Source: a plasmid. Taken from it: DNA of 64,000 bases. Positions within the stretch are counted from its first letter, which is position 1. The number at the start of each line of letters is the position of its first letter. Below the pieces are notes generated by a model. The model did no database searches. It was not told the origin of the DNA and saw nothing but the letters and a program-made list of their open reading frames with translations. This document shows, piece after piece, positions 1 through 9,233 of this stretch. The stretch lies in sequence record NZ_CP086424.1, one strand, 5' to 3'. Made by a program: the position numbers and the translations under genes.

Positions 1-1101
1 ATGGACCACCAGCTAGAAAGTATCGACGGAACAATCATGAGCAAGAGAACCAAAGACAAAGACCTGGAGAAACTCGACGTAATCAAAGACTCACCGCAAA
101 TGAGCCTGTTTGAGATCATTGAATCTCCGGCCAAGAAAGACGACTACTCCAACACCATCGAGATCTACGATGCGCTGCCGAAGTACATTTGGGACCAAAA
201 GCGTGAGCATGAAGATTTATCCAACGCTGTAGTGACACGACAATGCACCATCAGAGGCCAGCATTTCACGGTGAAGGTGAAGCCAGCCATCATCGAGAAG
301 GATGACGGAAGAACCGTGCTGATCTACGCGGGACAGCGAGAGGAAATCCTTGAGGATGCTCTACGCAAGCTCGCAGTGAACGGGAAAGGCCATATCATCG
401 AGGGCAAGGCTGGAGTCATGTTCACTCTGTACGAACTCCAGAAAGAGCTCTCGAAGATGGGTCACGGGTACAACCTGAACGAAATCAAGGAAGCAATCCA
501 GGTTTGTCGTGGCGCAACACTCGAATGTATCAGTGATGACGGTGAAGCCTTCATCAGCTCCAGCTTCTTCCCGATGGTGGGACTGACCACCAGAGGTGAG
601 TTTCGCAAGAAAGGCGGGAACGCCAGGTGCTATGTGCAGTTCAACCCGCTGGTAAACGAATCGATCATGAATCTGTCGTTTCGTCAGTACAACTACAAAA
701 TCGGAATGCAAATCCGCTCCCCTCTTGCACGGTACATCTACAAGCGAATGAGCCACTACTGGACTCAAGCATCACCAGATTCGCCGTACACGCCATCGCT
801 TATCAGCTTCCTGACCCAGAGCCCTCGTGAATTGAGCCCACGGATGCCGGAGAACGTCAGAGCCATGAAGCTCGCTCTGGAGGCCCTCATCAAACAAGAG
901 GTCATAAGCGACTACGACGCGAACCAGATCAAGGATGGCCGCAGAGTCATCGACGTGCGGTACGTCATAAGGCCTCATGAGAACTTCGTGAAGCAGGTGA
1001 TGGCGTCCAACAAGCGTAAGCAGCAGACAGAGCTACGGGCCATCAAGCACGGCATGATCGACCACGACATCATTGATGAACCCCAACGTAAGGGGAGATA
1101 G
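1..1101 (+). CDS. repA: Replication initiator RepA (iteron-type plasmid Rep, IncA/C-like)
   Basis: 366-aa ORF starting at base 1, immediately followed by a terminator and a 19-bp iteron array. The protein matches my memory of the IncA/C RepA. No motif database was used. Confidence 0.75.
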   Translation: MDHQLESIDGTIMSKRTKDKDLEKLDVIKDSPQMSLFEIIESPAKKDDYSNTIEIYDALPKYIWDQKREHEDLSNAVVTRQCTIRGQHFTVKVKPAIIEKDDGRTVLIYAGQREEILEDALRKLAVNGKGHIIEGKAGVMFTLYELQKELSKMGHGYNLNEIKEAIQVCRGATLECISDDGEAFISSSFFPMVGLTTRGEFRKKGGNARCYVQFNPLVNESIMNLSFRQYNYKIGMQIRSPLARYIYKRMSHYWTQASPDSPYTPSLISFLTQSPRELSPRMPENVRAMKLALEALIKQEVISDYDANQIKDGRRVIDVRYVIRPHENFVKQVMASNKRKQQTELRAIKHGMIDHDIIDEPQRKGR

Positions 1102-1138
1102 CCACCAGAATCTCCCACCCCCCAGGGAAAAGAAAGAT

Positions 1139-1161
1139 AGGCGCGTCAGCGCCTTTTTTTA
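1139..1161 (+). terminator. Rho-independent terminator after repA
   Basis: GGCGCGTCAGCGCC hairpin followed by a run of 7 T residues. Confidence 0.6.
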
Positions 1162-1220
1162 TGCCAGAAGAAAGCGCACAAGGTACGCCCACCAGGCAGG
1201 ACCGGAAACGGAATGCCTCC

Positions 1221-1981
1221 GCATATGGGGGAGCTGCACGGATAGAGCGAACGTGACCCCAGATGCAGCGTGGGCTGGGGCTCTATATATGGGATCGCTG
1301 CACGGTAGTCGCAAGCTGAGTCTCAGTATCGTGCAAGCGTAAGCCACGACGAAGGATAAGTGCCATGCTGCTCCAGTGGTTCCCGTAGAGTGGTTCCCGT
1401 AAGGTATTGATAGTTAAAGGGTGAGGATGTGGGGGACCTGCACGTTATGAGATTTGATATGTGGGTACGTTGCACGAAAGCAGGTCCTGAACCTCTCGAT
1501 ATATGGGAACTCTGCACGATTGACGAAGCAGAACAAAGATTGACAGATCAGGACAAACCTAAAAAAGCAGTCAAAATGACTCTAATAGTCCATAAAGTGA
1601 TCACGCGCACACAAAAAGAGGCCAAAAGTTATCCACATTTCCTGTGCATAAACGGGGTTTTGGTATATGGGAACGCTGCACGATCATATGTGGGTACGCT
1701 GCACGGTGCAAAAAACGACCAAAATTGACATGTGGGTACGTTGCACGTTCAGAAAATTGTATATGGGGCGACTGCACGTATGACCTTAGACATGTGGGAA
1801 TACTGCACGAACACCAGATCTGATATGTGGGAACGCTGCACGAAAGCTCTGTTTTGTAAGGATTTTGTGGAAAAAAGAGGGGTTCCGTGTGGATAACAGT
1901 GGATAAGATCCAAGGGTATGTGGGGACGTTGCACGGCAACCTATGGGAACGCTGCACGGCAACCTATGGGTTTGTTGCACG
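1221..1981 (+). repeat. oriV: oriV iteron array: about 14 direct copies of a 19-bp iteron (ATGTGGGnACGYTGCACG) in two clusters
   Basis: Copies seen near 1223, 1276, 1425, 1457, 1501, 1665, 1687, 1727, 1760, 1788, 1822, 1915, 1939 and 1961. All are in the same orientation, and the spacing is irregular. Confidence 0.8.
1629..1637 (+). promoter_or_regulatory. Perfect DnaA box TTATCCACA between the two iteron clusters
   Basis: Exact match to the consensus DnaA box. A GATC site lies nearby at about 1599. Confidence 0.55.
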
Positions 1982-2039
1982 GAATAAATATGAAAACACC
2001 AGTAATATCAATGTGTTGAGTGGTGATTTAGAACGCCTA

Positions 2040-2100
2040 ACCTGTCTTTAACCGTTTTTAATCCTTTATACAAAGATCTAAAGATCTTTATATTTATCCT
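2040..2100. promoter_or_regulatory. AT-rich segment with AGATCTAAAGATCT palindrome and Dam GATC sites (probable DNA-unwinding part of oriV)
   Basis: AT-rich sequence containing an AAAGATCTAAAGATCTTT palindrome and a TTATCCTTT DnaA-like box. Confidence 0.4.
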
Positions 2101-2137
2101 TTTGATCACTGAACAAAAAATAATCAACACTGTTTTT

Positions 2138-2593
2138 TTAGAAAAAAGTCTCGTATGCAAGGCCGAACAGGACGAGTATCACCAACAAGATAAGCATCGA
2201 CAGCACAAAGTAACCAGACTCGTACATCACAGCTTTGATCACAGAAACGACGCTGATCGATCTTCCAGAGATCCTCCCGATGATCCACTGAAACGCAACG
2301 AACGAACCAAGCCCACAGATCAGAACCACCGCTACGGAGACAAGTGCATGTTCCCTCAGGACAGACTCACTCAGGAAACCATACTGCATCCCCATCAATA
2401 CAAGCCTGCCAATGCCAAAACCCAGGCCCAATGCAACAGCTCCACGAACCAGCACGACCTTCAACGACTGGAGCCATGTCAGCTCAAGATCCATCCCCTT
2501 ACGGGAAGACCGACGCACCAGCACCGTAGATATGCCCAACCCCAAAAACACCAAAAAAACAAAATCCAACATTGCCACCTCTGCACAAATCAA
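2138..2593 (-). CDS. Hydrophobic membrane protein, operonic with the upstream PAPS-reductase-like gene
   Basis: 151-aa strongly hydrophobic ORF. Its start overlaps the stop of the 2590..3705 gene (ATGA). The opposite-strand ORF is low-complexity. Confidence 0.4.
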   Translation of the reverse strand: MICAEVAMLDFVFLVFLGLGISTVLVRRSSRKGMDLELTWLQSLKVVLVRGAVALGLGFGIGRLVLMGMQYGFLSESVLREHALVSVAVVLICGLGSFVAFQWIIGRISGRSISVVSVIKAVMYESGYFVLSMLILLVILVLFGLAYETFF

Positions 2594-3705
2594 TCAGAAC
2601 CACAGGCCTCTCGGCCAAATGCGCCACCAGGGAGAACCCACTTCTGCCCCTCCGGCACAAAAATCGGGAGCGTGTAATCTTCTCTGGATACCTGCTCCAA
2701 TGCCTCAACATCACTAATCTGTATCGGCGCAACAGCAGAACCTAAATCTATTACGTCGATTTTTTTTCTTGATACCGTCACACCAAAGGTTTGTTCATAC
2801 TGAGCAATTTTCCCAGCTCGTTCAGGCCAGTAGTGACGGATCGTGGACCAGATACGCTGTGAGTTGTAGATGCAGGTCATACACGACGACCGGCTCCAGC
2901 CAAGGCGATAAGGGACTGGGGCCAGGATGCGGTGACGCTCGATTACTTCCCATACCTCCTCCTCAGTCCAATGAAGAACGGGCCTCCAGGCATCAACTAA
3001 CCGTGCAGTCTTCCCATATCTTCTGTCACAGGCATGAGCCTCAAGCTGGTTGTACTTGGATCTGTTTGCACTTTCCTCCCGGCGCTCACCAGTGATGAAA
3101 AGGATCTTCTTCCCCTTGAAGCGCTCCTGGTTATTAAGAGCTCTGCGGCCAACATCGATCTTCAAGGCTGATGAGCACCACCTTGTTTGGAGTGATGGCG
3201 ATTGCTGAGGGAAACGAAGGCGCGTACCAGGCTTAGAGCGCTTATGGTCTCTAGGCAGCACCAGAAGCCCCTCAGGCGTCTCTACACGATGGGGGTGGCT
3301 ATAGGCATTGTCTTTGAGCATTTCGCCCTCAAAGCCGCCCTCAAGCCACGAGAAGTACATTGGGATACCCAGTTCTTCCCCGAGCTGACGACAGTAATCA
3401 CGCATGAAGGCCCAATCCATCAACGAACTGCCTTCCTGACCATCAACATCATGGTGCCAGAACTCCACCTTTGACTTATCAACACCCATGTCCACCAGCC
3501 GCAAGTACGCAGCAATCGAGTCTTTGCCTCCAGACAGGCAAACAATGATGTGATCGTACAAACTCAGGTCCACATCCGGAGCGGAGAAGTACGTTGTTCT
3601 ATCGTCACAACGCTGACTGGAAGATATGCCGGTAAGAACCGACTCCAGTGATGGCAACACCACCTGGTCATCGAACAAATCTCCTTGGTTTTCTCGTCTC
3701 AACAT
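2590..3705 (-). CDS. Phosphoadenosine-phosphosulfate (PAPS) reductase family / PP-loop ATP pyrophosphatase-like protein
   Basis: SGGKDS PP-loop motif near the N-terminus (CLSGGKDSIAAY). 371 aa. Confidence 0.7.
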   Translation of the reverse strand: MLRRENQGDLFDDQVVLPSLESVLTGISSSQRCDDRTTYFSAPDVDLSLYDHIIVCLSGGKDSIAAYLRLVDMGVDKSKVEFWHHDVDGQEGSSLMDWAFMRDYCRQLGEELGIPMYFSWLEGGFEGEMLKDNAYSHPHRVETPEGLLVLPRDHKRSKPGTRLRFPQQSPSLQTRWCSSALKIDVGRRALNNQERFKGKKILFITGERREESANRSKYNQLEAHACDRRYGKTARLVDAWRPVLHWTEEEVWEVIERHRILAPVPYRLGWSRSSCMTCIYNSQRIWSTIRHYWPERAGKIAQYEQTFGVTVSRKKIDVIDLGSAVAPIQISDVEALEQVSREDYTLPIFVPEGQKWVLPGGAFGREACGSD

Positions 3706-3741
3706 AAGTCGCTCTTTTTTCTTTACTGGGTTGTTTTTATG

Positions 3742-3770
3742 ATTTACAGTATTATAAAATGATACTGTGA
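3742..3770. promoter_or_regulatory. Inverted-repeat operator-like motif TTTACAGTATTATAAAATGATACTGTG, family B copy 1
   Basis: Near-perfect 10-3-10 inverted repeat, 37 bp upstream of the minus-strand PAPS-reductase gene start. Confidence 0.45.
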
Positions 3771-3936
3771 AAAGTAAAGTTTTCAGAACGACTAATCACT
3801 CAGGAGAACTTGATAAGCACCAGAAAGCAATCTAAAGGTGGTTTTTCGGTGAGGTTAGTTCAGGGGCAACCTGCCGCTGCTGATTGGAAATCATCAAGAA
3901 GTGGCTTTTTGGTGGGGTTACGGTTTGAAGGGGTGA

Positions 3937-3957
3937 GTATGTGGGAACGTTGCACGG
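3937..3957 (+). promoter_or_regulatory. Solitary iteron copy (GTATGTGGGAACGTTGCACGG) upstream of the 3974 operon
   Basis: Same sequence as the oriV iterons, located 2 kb away and 17 bp upstream of the ORF start. Confidence 0.55.
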
Positions 3958-3973
3958 TTAAAGGGGGCCGCAC

Positions 3974-4582
3974 ATGAAAACGATAAAGCGGTTCATCGTA
4001 TGGGTGAATTACGGTCTTGAGGGTTGGAGCATTTTCGGATCGAGCGATGACTGGGATGAAGCGGTATCCATCCGTTCGGAAGCGATAGACGAATGCAATA
4101 TTGACGAGGAAGACATCATCTTGGCAGAAAACAAAAACGAGCTGGTGGTAAAACCTGCGGCCAAGCAAATGACGGAGTGGCACCGGGAACTGGAAGCCGT
4201 CCTTATGACCTTGGATGACTGCCAGATGGAATGTGACGGTATGACATGGGCAGTAAGCCACCTACTCAATGAAGCGGGTGTACCTCATGACTGCATGTAT
4301 GGCTTTGTGCGAAACGAACAGACCAAGGACATCGTGACACCGCATTTCTGGGTTGTCCTGGATGATGGGTGGCTGGTGGATCTGAGGCTACGCATGTGGC
4401 TGGGCGATCACGACAACATTCCTCACGGGGTATTCCATCCCGATAACGAGCCAGGACTTTTCTACAAGGGAGACCCGGTTCAAAACCATAAAGGGATGAG
4501 ACTGGGCAAAGCCGTCCTGGACATCATGACCGACGGAAAACTTTCACATGTGAAAGTTCCTGAACGACAAGACGGAGAGTAA
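3974..4582 (+). CDS. Hypothetical protein
   Basis: 202-aa ORF. The palindrome at 4539..4558 lies in its 3' end. Confidence 0.55.
   Translation: MKTIKRFIVWVNYGLEGWSIFGSSDDWDEAVSIRSEAIDECNIDEEDIILAENKNELVVKPAAKQMTEWHRELEAVLMTLDDCQMECDGMTWAVSHLLNEAGVPHDCMYGFVRNEQTKDIVTPHFWVVLDDGWLVDLRLRMWLGDHDNIPHGVFHPDNEPGLFYKGDPVQNHKGMRLGKAVLDIMTDGKLSHVKVPERQDGE
4539..4558. repeat. Family A palindrome AACTTTCACATGTGAAAGTT (copy 1)
   Basis: Perfect 20-bp palindrome. Confidence 0.8.
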
Positions 4583-4586
4583 TAGC

Positions 4587-5108
4587 GTGGAATTTGATTA
4601 CGACAAGTCAGTATCAAACGCACATCTTGAGGCCGCAGGCTGGGGTATGGATGCCTTTAACCACTCCAACCCATTTGAGAGTCATGTCATCTATGTGCGT
4701 GACTACCGCAACGATCACATCCGCCTGTTCACCATCAAGCAGGCTGACTTCGACACGATAAAGCTGCCGCTTCACCTTACCTCCGACATGCTGGCTTCGG
4801 TGATCGCTGAGTTCGTATCGAAGGCAGCAAAAGGGAAGTTGAATACGAAGGAGTCCGACACGCTGGCTCCTGCCTTGGTTGGCTATGCCAAATCAACAGA
4901 AACCTACCGGAGCTGGCGGAGAGTTTCTGGAGCAACAGAGCGATTGCATATGGTCATCAATATCTATGCGGGTTCTGAATTGCTGAGACCTTTCATCGCT
5001 CGGGCTCCTGAGACCGTCCTGACGACCCAAGAGCTACTGGTCTTCTCATCACAGGTTAAGAGCATGGATGTATCCAATCATCCAGAGTGGTTTAGGGGCC
5101 GGAGGTAG
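4587..5108 (+). CDS. Hypothetical protein
   Basis: 173-aa ORF tightly packed with its neighbours. A GTG start is possible. Confidence 0.5.
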   Translation: MEFDYDKSVSNAHLEAAGWGMDAFNHSNPFESHVIYVRDYRNDHIRLFTIKQADFDTIKLPLHLTSDMLASVIAEFVSKAAKGKLNTKESDTLAPALVGYAKSTETYRSWRRVSGATERLHMVINIYAGSELLRPFIARAPETVLTTQELLVFSSQVKSMDVSNHPEWFRGRR

Positions 5109-5110
5109 TC

Positions 5111-5632
5111 ATGAAGCCAGTTCTCTGGATATTCGTCCTGATCATCGCCCCTTTCGTCATTGCGAAAGTGGACCAATGGCGCAAACGCGGCATTGGAGAC
5201 ACCTGGGCGTGGTGGAAATCAGAGAACATGCCTTATGAGCTGCGCTCGGCCACTCTGTTTTTGTCCGAACAGGACATATCAACCACACAGCCGGTGCCCA
5301 TGCACGGCAGGGTTGATCAGGTGTACCAAACCAAGAATGGGGTTCTCATTCCCTTGGACACCAAGCTGCGCCAGGTAAACCACATCTATGAGTCGGACAT
5401 TATCCAGCTCTCGGTTTACCGGGTAATTCTGTCACACAAGTACAAGGCACCCGTTGCCAAGTACGGCTATGTCCGAACCGTTGTTGAGACAGCGGACGGG
5501 GATAGAGTCCGTTACATCAAGACAAACCTTCTCAGCGAAAAAGAAGTGGTCAAGCTGTGGCACCGCTATCAATCCATCCGTTCTGGTCAGGTAAAAACCT
5601 CCTGTTCCTGTGGCGGAAAGTTTCACATGTGA
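5111..5632 (+). CDS. PD-(D/E)xK nuclease-fold protein (RecB/Cas4-like motifs) with N-terminal TM segment
   Basis: Motifs HGRVD, LDTK and QLSVY, in the order D...(D/E)xK...QxxxY. C-terminal CSCGG. Confidence 0.45.
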   Translation: MKPVLWIFVLIIAPFVIAKVDQWRKRGIGDTWAWWKSENMPYELRSATLFLSEQDISTTQPVPMHGRVDQVYQTKNGVLIPLDTKLRQVNHIYESDIIQLSVYRVILSHKYKAPVAKYGYVRTVVETADGDRVRYIKTNLLSEKEVVKLWHRYQSIRSGQVKTSCSCGGKFHM

Positions 5633-5638
5633 AAGTTC
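5621..5638. repeat. Family A palindrome (copy 2, one mismatch)
   Basis: GTTTCACATGTGAAAGTT overlapping the stop codon of the 5111..5632 gene. Confidence 0.7.
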
Positions 5639-5728
5639 TGGATTGAATCAGGGTTGCCCGAATTGGGCAGCTAGGCGGGGTTGCATTTTTGAAAAGTCCT
5701 GTACGCTGGTTGGTATAGGAGGTGAATA

Positions 5729-6202
5729 GTGGCCCAGCTTAAACATAACCGCTTCGTCATGTTGGGGTCCTTGGTAGCGACGGTCGTAGCTGCCGCCAAT
5801 GGCTTGAGTTTTCTCACCCTTATGGCTGGTGGAATGACCCTTCTCCAGTTCATGGCTTGGAAGCAACAAGATGCTGTCCGGAGCCGGTTTAAAGCTGCGA
5901 AGGATGCGTTTGAAGCGTTGAACGTCATTGCGTTCGACAAGCACTGGGTAGGTTCAACCGCGACGGTCGCCAAAGTGTCGAACATGATCACTCCGCCCGA
6001 ACGACTGGATAAGCCCTGGGCGGTGCAAGTTCTGGCCGTGACCAAAGGTGGGACGTGGTTCGCGGTGGATCTGCAAGTGACCGGCACTGACAAGGTTCAG
6101 ATGCTTAGCCTCCACCAGCTTAGTGAAAAGGCGGCAAAGACCATGCTGGCCTTCGACCTCGAAGTGTATGAGAAATTTTTCGGAAAACCTGATGTTGCAT
6201 GA
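5729..6202 (+). CDS. Hypothetical membrane protein
   Basis: 157-aa ORF with hydrophobic N-terminal segments. Confidence 0.5.
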   Translation: MAQLKHNRFVMLGSLVATVVAAANGLSFLTLMAGGMTLLQFMAWKQQDAVRSRFKAAKDAFEALNVIAFDKHWVGSTATVAKVSNMITPPERLDKPWAVQVLAVTKGGTWFAVDLQVTGTDKVQMLSLHQLSEKAAKTMLAFDLEVYEKFFGKPDVA

Positions 6203-6212
6203 GGACAATGTG

Positions 6213-6506
6213 ATGGAAAAAGTCAAAAGCGTAGATGCCGTGGAGTTCACGGCAGCAGATAAGAAGGCGATGACCCATGCGGCATACGCCCAGTGTTTCT
6301 TCATTCTGGCCCAAGTGATGGCATTCCCTTCCCTGGGGGTGGCTGGCGCTATGGTTGCTGCTCTGTGCGGCATGATGCCGTGGTTGACCAAGTTCGCCAA
6401 AGAGGCTCCATCGAAAGCCTTTGGCATGGTGATGGCTTCACTCTGCCTTGCTCCTGTGTACGGGAAACTCTGTGAGCTGGTGGTCCACGCGATTCAGGGA
6501 GCTTGA
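6213..6506 (+). CDS. Small hydrophobic protein
   Basis: In-frame ATG at 6213, after a GAGGA-like ribosome-binding site. 97 aa, two TM segments. Confidence 0.4.
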   Translation: MEKVKSVDAVEFTAADKKAMTHAAYAQCFFILAQVMAFPSLGVAGAMVAALCGMMPWLTKFAKEAPSKAFGMVMASLCLAPVYGKLCELVVHAIQGA

Positions 6507-6510
6507 GCTT

Positions 6511-7365
6511 ATGGGGGTAGTACGAGTTCCCTACCTCTTGGCTGAGCTGAAAGAACGCGGATGTGCTGATGAATCTGCTCTGGCGCAGGTTATGCAGCCT
6601 GGATGCCGAATTGGAGAGGAAGACCTGCGGAAGTTGGCCGCAAATTTAGGGCTTGAAGTGTCCGAGCTGGCACCAGCGCCAGAGAACGCGGCCAACACCC
6701 GGTTCAAAGCAAAGCTGAGAGGAGGTTTGGCCTCCTTTCTTTTTGAGTACGACGGCTGTTTCCGACATGCAGAAGGCTCCAGCCATGCAGAAATGTTGGG
6801 TATCGAGCAAGAAGACGACATAGGTCTTCCGAGTCGAGCTGCTGACGCCATGCTCCTGGAGAAGACGCTTTACCAGGTAATCGCTCGGGCTAAGTACATG
6901 CTCGGCAAAATCGACAGCAAGTTTGTCAGGTCAGAACAAGCAATCGAGTTCCGTGAGCAACTTGCTCCTGGGATCTTCAAACCAGGTTACAGAGGTTTCC
7001 GATTCAAGGAGGCTGCCGCTGGTGATTTGCCTACTGTCATGATTGACGGTCGGAAGTTCAACTGCGTTGCCAGCATAGCCAGAGCACATGGACTTGATCC
7101 GGTAACGGTGCGTAGGCGCATTGCGGACACCGGGAAGGCCGCAGACAAACTCTCCAATGATGAGTGGAAGCTCATCCTCGCCAAGAAAAAAGGTAAAGGG
7201 AAACCCTTCACCTATCTGGACAGGACCTACAGCAACATTGCTCAGTTCTGTCGTGAGCATCAGCTCAACACCAACCTTGTTTACCAGAAAGTCAAAGACC
7301 GGGCTGATAGCGCTGATGAAGAGTTCTGGGGACTGATAATCGAAACATGCAAAAGGAAAAACTAA
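6511..7365 (+). CDS. Hypothetical protein
   Basis: 284 aa, counting from the internal ATG that is preceded by GGAG. Confidence 0.5.
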   Translation: MGVVRVPYLLAELKERGCADESALAQVMQPGCRIGEEDLRKLAANLGLEVSELAPAPENAANTRFKAKLRGGLASFLFEYDGCFRHAEGSSHAEMLGIEQEDDIGLPSRAADAMLLEKTLYQVIARAKYMLGKIDSKFVRSEQAIEFREQLAPGIFKPGYRGFRFKEAAAGDLPTVMIDGRKFNCVASIARAHGLDPVTVRRRIADTGKAADKLSNDEWKLILAKKKGKGKPFTYLDRTYSNIAQFCREHQLNTNLVYQKVKDRADSADEEFWGLIIETCKRKN

Positions 7366-8324
7366 TGGCAGAAAACAAAGAGATCCCCTGGGAGAAAGAA
7401 CTCATTGAGAAGTACATGTTCACCCTGCATAAAGAGCAGGTGAAAGACCGGCGCTGGCGGACCATGTTGCGTGTGCTTCGCGCATCTGGTTTCGTGCTTC
7501 TCATGATCGGCTTCATCATTTTGGCATCTAATCCGGGTGGGATGCCGTGGCAAAGCGCCAAGGCAGGAGCCCCTCACACCGCGTATATCAACATCCGTGG
7601 TGAAATTGCTGCTGGCACTCTGGCCGATGCTGATCACCTTATCCCGTCCATCCAAGCTGCATTCGACAACCCGAACTCACAAGCTATCGTGCTTCGCATA
7701 AACAGCCCTGGCGGTAGCCCGGTTCAAGCAGGACGGATTTATGACGAAGTGAAGGCGCAGCGAGCCCTTCATCCGGAGAAAAAGGTCTACGCCATCATTG
7801 ATGACATCGGTGCCTCTGGCGGTTACTACATCGCCTCTGCTGCGGATGAAATCTATGCTGACCGCGCCAGCCTTGTCGGTTCTATCGGCGTCATCAGCTC
7901 GGGGTTTGGATTCACCGGCTTGATGGACAAGCTCGGCATCGAGCGCCGGGCTATCACTTCCGGAGAGCACAAAGCGCTTCTCGACCCATTCTCCCCTCTT
8001 ACCTCTGACATGAAGAAATTCTGGGAGGGCGTTCTATCGAAAACCCACCAGCAGTTCATCGAACGAGTGAAGGCTGGGCGGGGTGATCGACTGAAAGACG
8101 ACCCAGAGGTGTTTTCTGGATTGCTCTGGAACGGGGAGCAGGCCAAAGACATTGGGCTGATTGATGGCCTGGGTAGTTTGAACTCCGTGGCGCGAGACGT
8201 CATCCACCAGAGCAACTTGGTGGACTACACACCAACCGAAGACATCATCCGGCGACTGACCCAACGAGCGAAGCTCGAAGCCAGTTCCTTCGTGCAAGAA
8301 CTCAGCGCTGTGAAAGTTTACTGA
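7365..8324 (+). CDS. sppA: S49-family signal peptide peptidase (SppA/SohB-like)
   Basis: Serine-protease core motifs SPGGS and GASGGYY, plus an N-terminal TM segment. TAATG overlap with the upstream gene. Confidence 0.7.
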   Translation: MAENKEIPWEKELIEKYMFTLHKEQVKDRRWRTMLRVLRASGFVLLMIGFIILASNPGGMPWQSAKAGAPHTAYINIRGEIAAGTLADADHLIPSIQAAFDNPNSQAIVLRINSPGGSPVQAGRIYDEVKAQRALHPEKKVYAIIDDIGASGGYYIASAADEIYADRASLVGSIGVISSGFGFTGLMDKLGIERRAITSGEHKALLDPFSPLTSDMKKFWEGVLSKTHQQFIERVKAGRGDRLKDDPEVFSGLLWNGEQAKDIGLIDGLGSLNSVARDVIHQSNLVDYTPTEDIIRRLTQRAKLEASSFVQELSAVKVY

Positions 8325-8339
8325 TAGGAGCAGTTTGAT

Positions 8340-9200
8340 ATGACAGAACAAAGTACCAAATCACTACGTCTCGGGGTTGTTGCCGCCATTCTTTTGGGGC
8401 TCGTAGGAACCGGGTTCGGGATCTACCAGTTCGTGAAAGAGAAGGATCTGGCGCAAGAGATCGCCAACGTGAAGTCTACGGTCAACCAGGTGAAGGATGC
8501 CGAAGGCGTCACCTTCAAAAGCAAGGCAGAGTTTGAAGCTGCTGTGGCCGAAAGCATCAACAAGTTTGTCGCGCAGAAACAACAAGCCGACATCGATCAG
8601 AAGTATGCCCAGTTCGAGGCAGCACCTGAGAAGGTCGAAGAAGGCAAACACATCTACGGGGACCTTGGTGCTCGGTTCACGCTGGTGGAGTTCTCCGATA
8701 TGGAGTGCCCATTCTGCAAGCGATTCCACGACACACCCAAACAAATTGTGGATGCCAGCAAAGGCAATGTGAATTGGCAGTGGAAGCACATGCCTCTCGA
8801 TTTCCATAACCCGGCAGCTCACAAGGAAGCTCTGGCCGCTGAATGTATTGCTGAGCAGAAGGGCAACCGTGGCTTCTGGGTCTTCGTTAACGACATTTTC
8901 CACCATACCCAGGGGAATGGTGGCGGTGTTGCTGACCTGGCCTCTGTTGTCACTGGTGTTGGTGCTGATCTGGATGCGTTCCGGGAGTGCCTCGGCTCAG
9001 GAAAGTACGAAGACAAGGTTGAAGCTGACATCCAGAAAGCCAAGAGCTATGGCGTCAACGGGACACCAGCCACTTTTGTAGTGGACAACCATACCGGCAA
9101 GAGCCAGCTTCTCGGCGGCGCTCAACCGGCGCAAGCCATCATGGCCGTGATGCGAAAAATGATGATTGAGTCGCAACAAGACGACTCCGCGAACCAATAA
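8340..9200 (+). CDS. dsbA: DsbA-like thiol:disulfide oxidoreductase (thioredoxin fold, CPFC active site)
   Basis: CPFC motif, N-terminal TM anchor, 286 aa. Confidence 0.7.
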   Translation: MTEQSTKSLRLGVVAAILLGLVGTGFGIYQFVKEKDLAQEIANVKSTVNQVKDAEGVTFKSKAEFEAAVAESINKFVAQKQQADIDQKYAQFEAAPEKVEEGKHIYGDLGARFTLVEFSDMECPFCKRFHDTPKQIVDASKGNVNWQWKHMPLDFHNPAAHKEALAAECIAEQKGNRGFWVFVNDIFHHTQGNGGGVADLASVVTGVGADLDAFRECLGSGKYEDKVEADIQKAKSYGVNGTPATFVVDNHTGKSQLLGGAQPAQAIMAVMRKMMIESQQDDSANQ

Positions 9201-9202
9201 AA

Positions 9203-9220
9203 ACTTTCACATGTGAAAGT
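9203..9220. repeat. Family A palindrome ACTTTCACATGTGAAAGT (copy 3)
   Basis: Perfect 18-bp palindrome immediately after the dsbA stop codon. Confidence 0.8.
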
Positions 9221-9233
9221 GGAGTGAGAACTG

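Noticed and set aside
1221-1981. Repeat array that could superficially resemble a CRISPR
   Set aside because: The repeats are 19 bp, all the same orientation, with irregular spacing of 2-150 bp. There are no uniform spacers or cas genes, and the array is adjacent to repA. These are oriV iterons.
2102-2677. 191-aa plus-strand ORF overlapping the 2138..2593 minus-strand ORF
   Set aside because: The translation is low-complexity, rich in His, Gln and Pro, with no ribosome-binding site. The opposite strand encodes a plausible membrane protein operonic with the PAPS-reductase gene.
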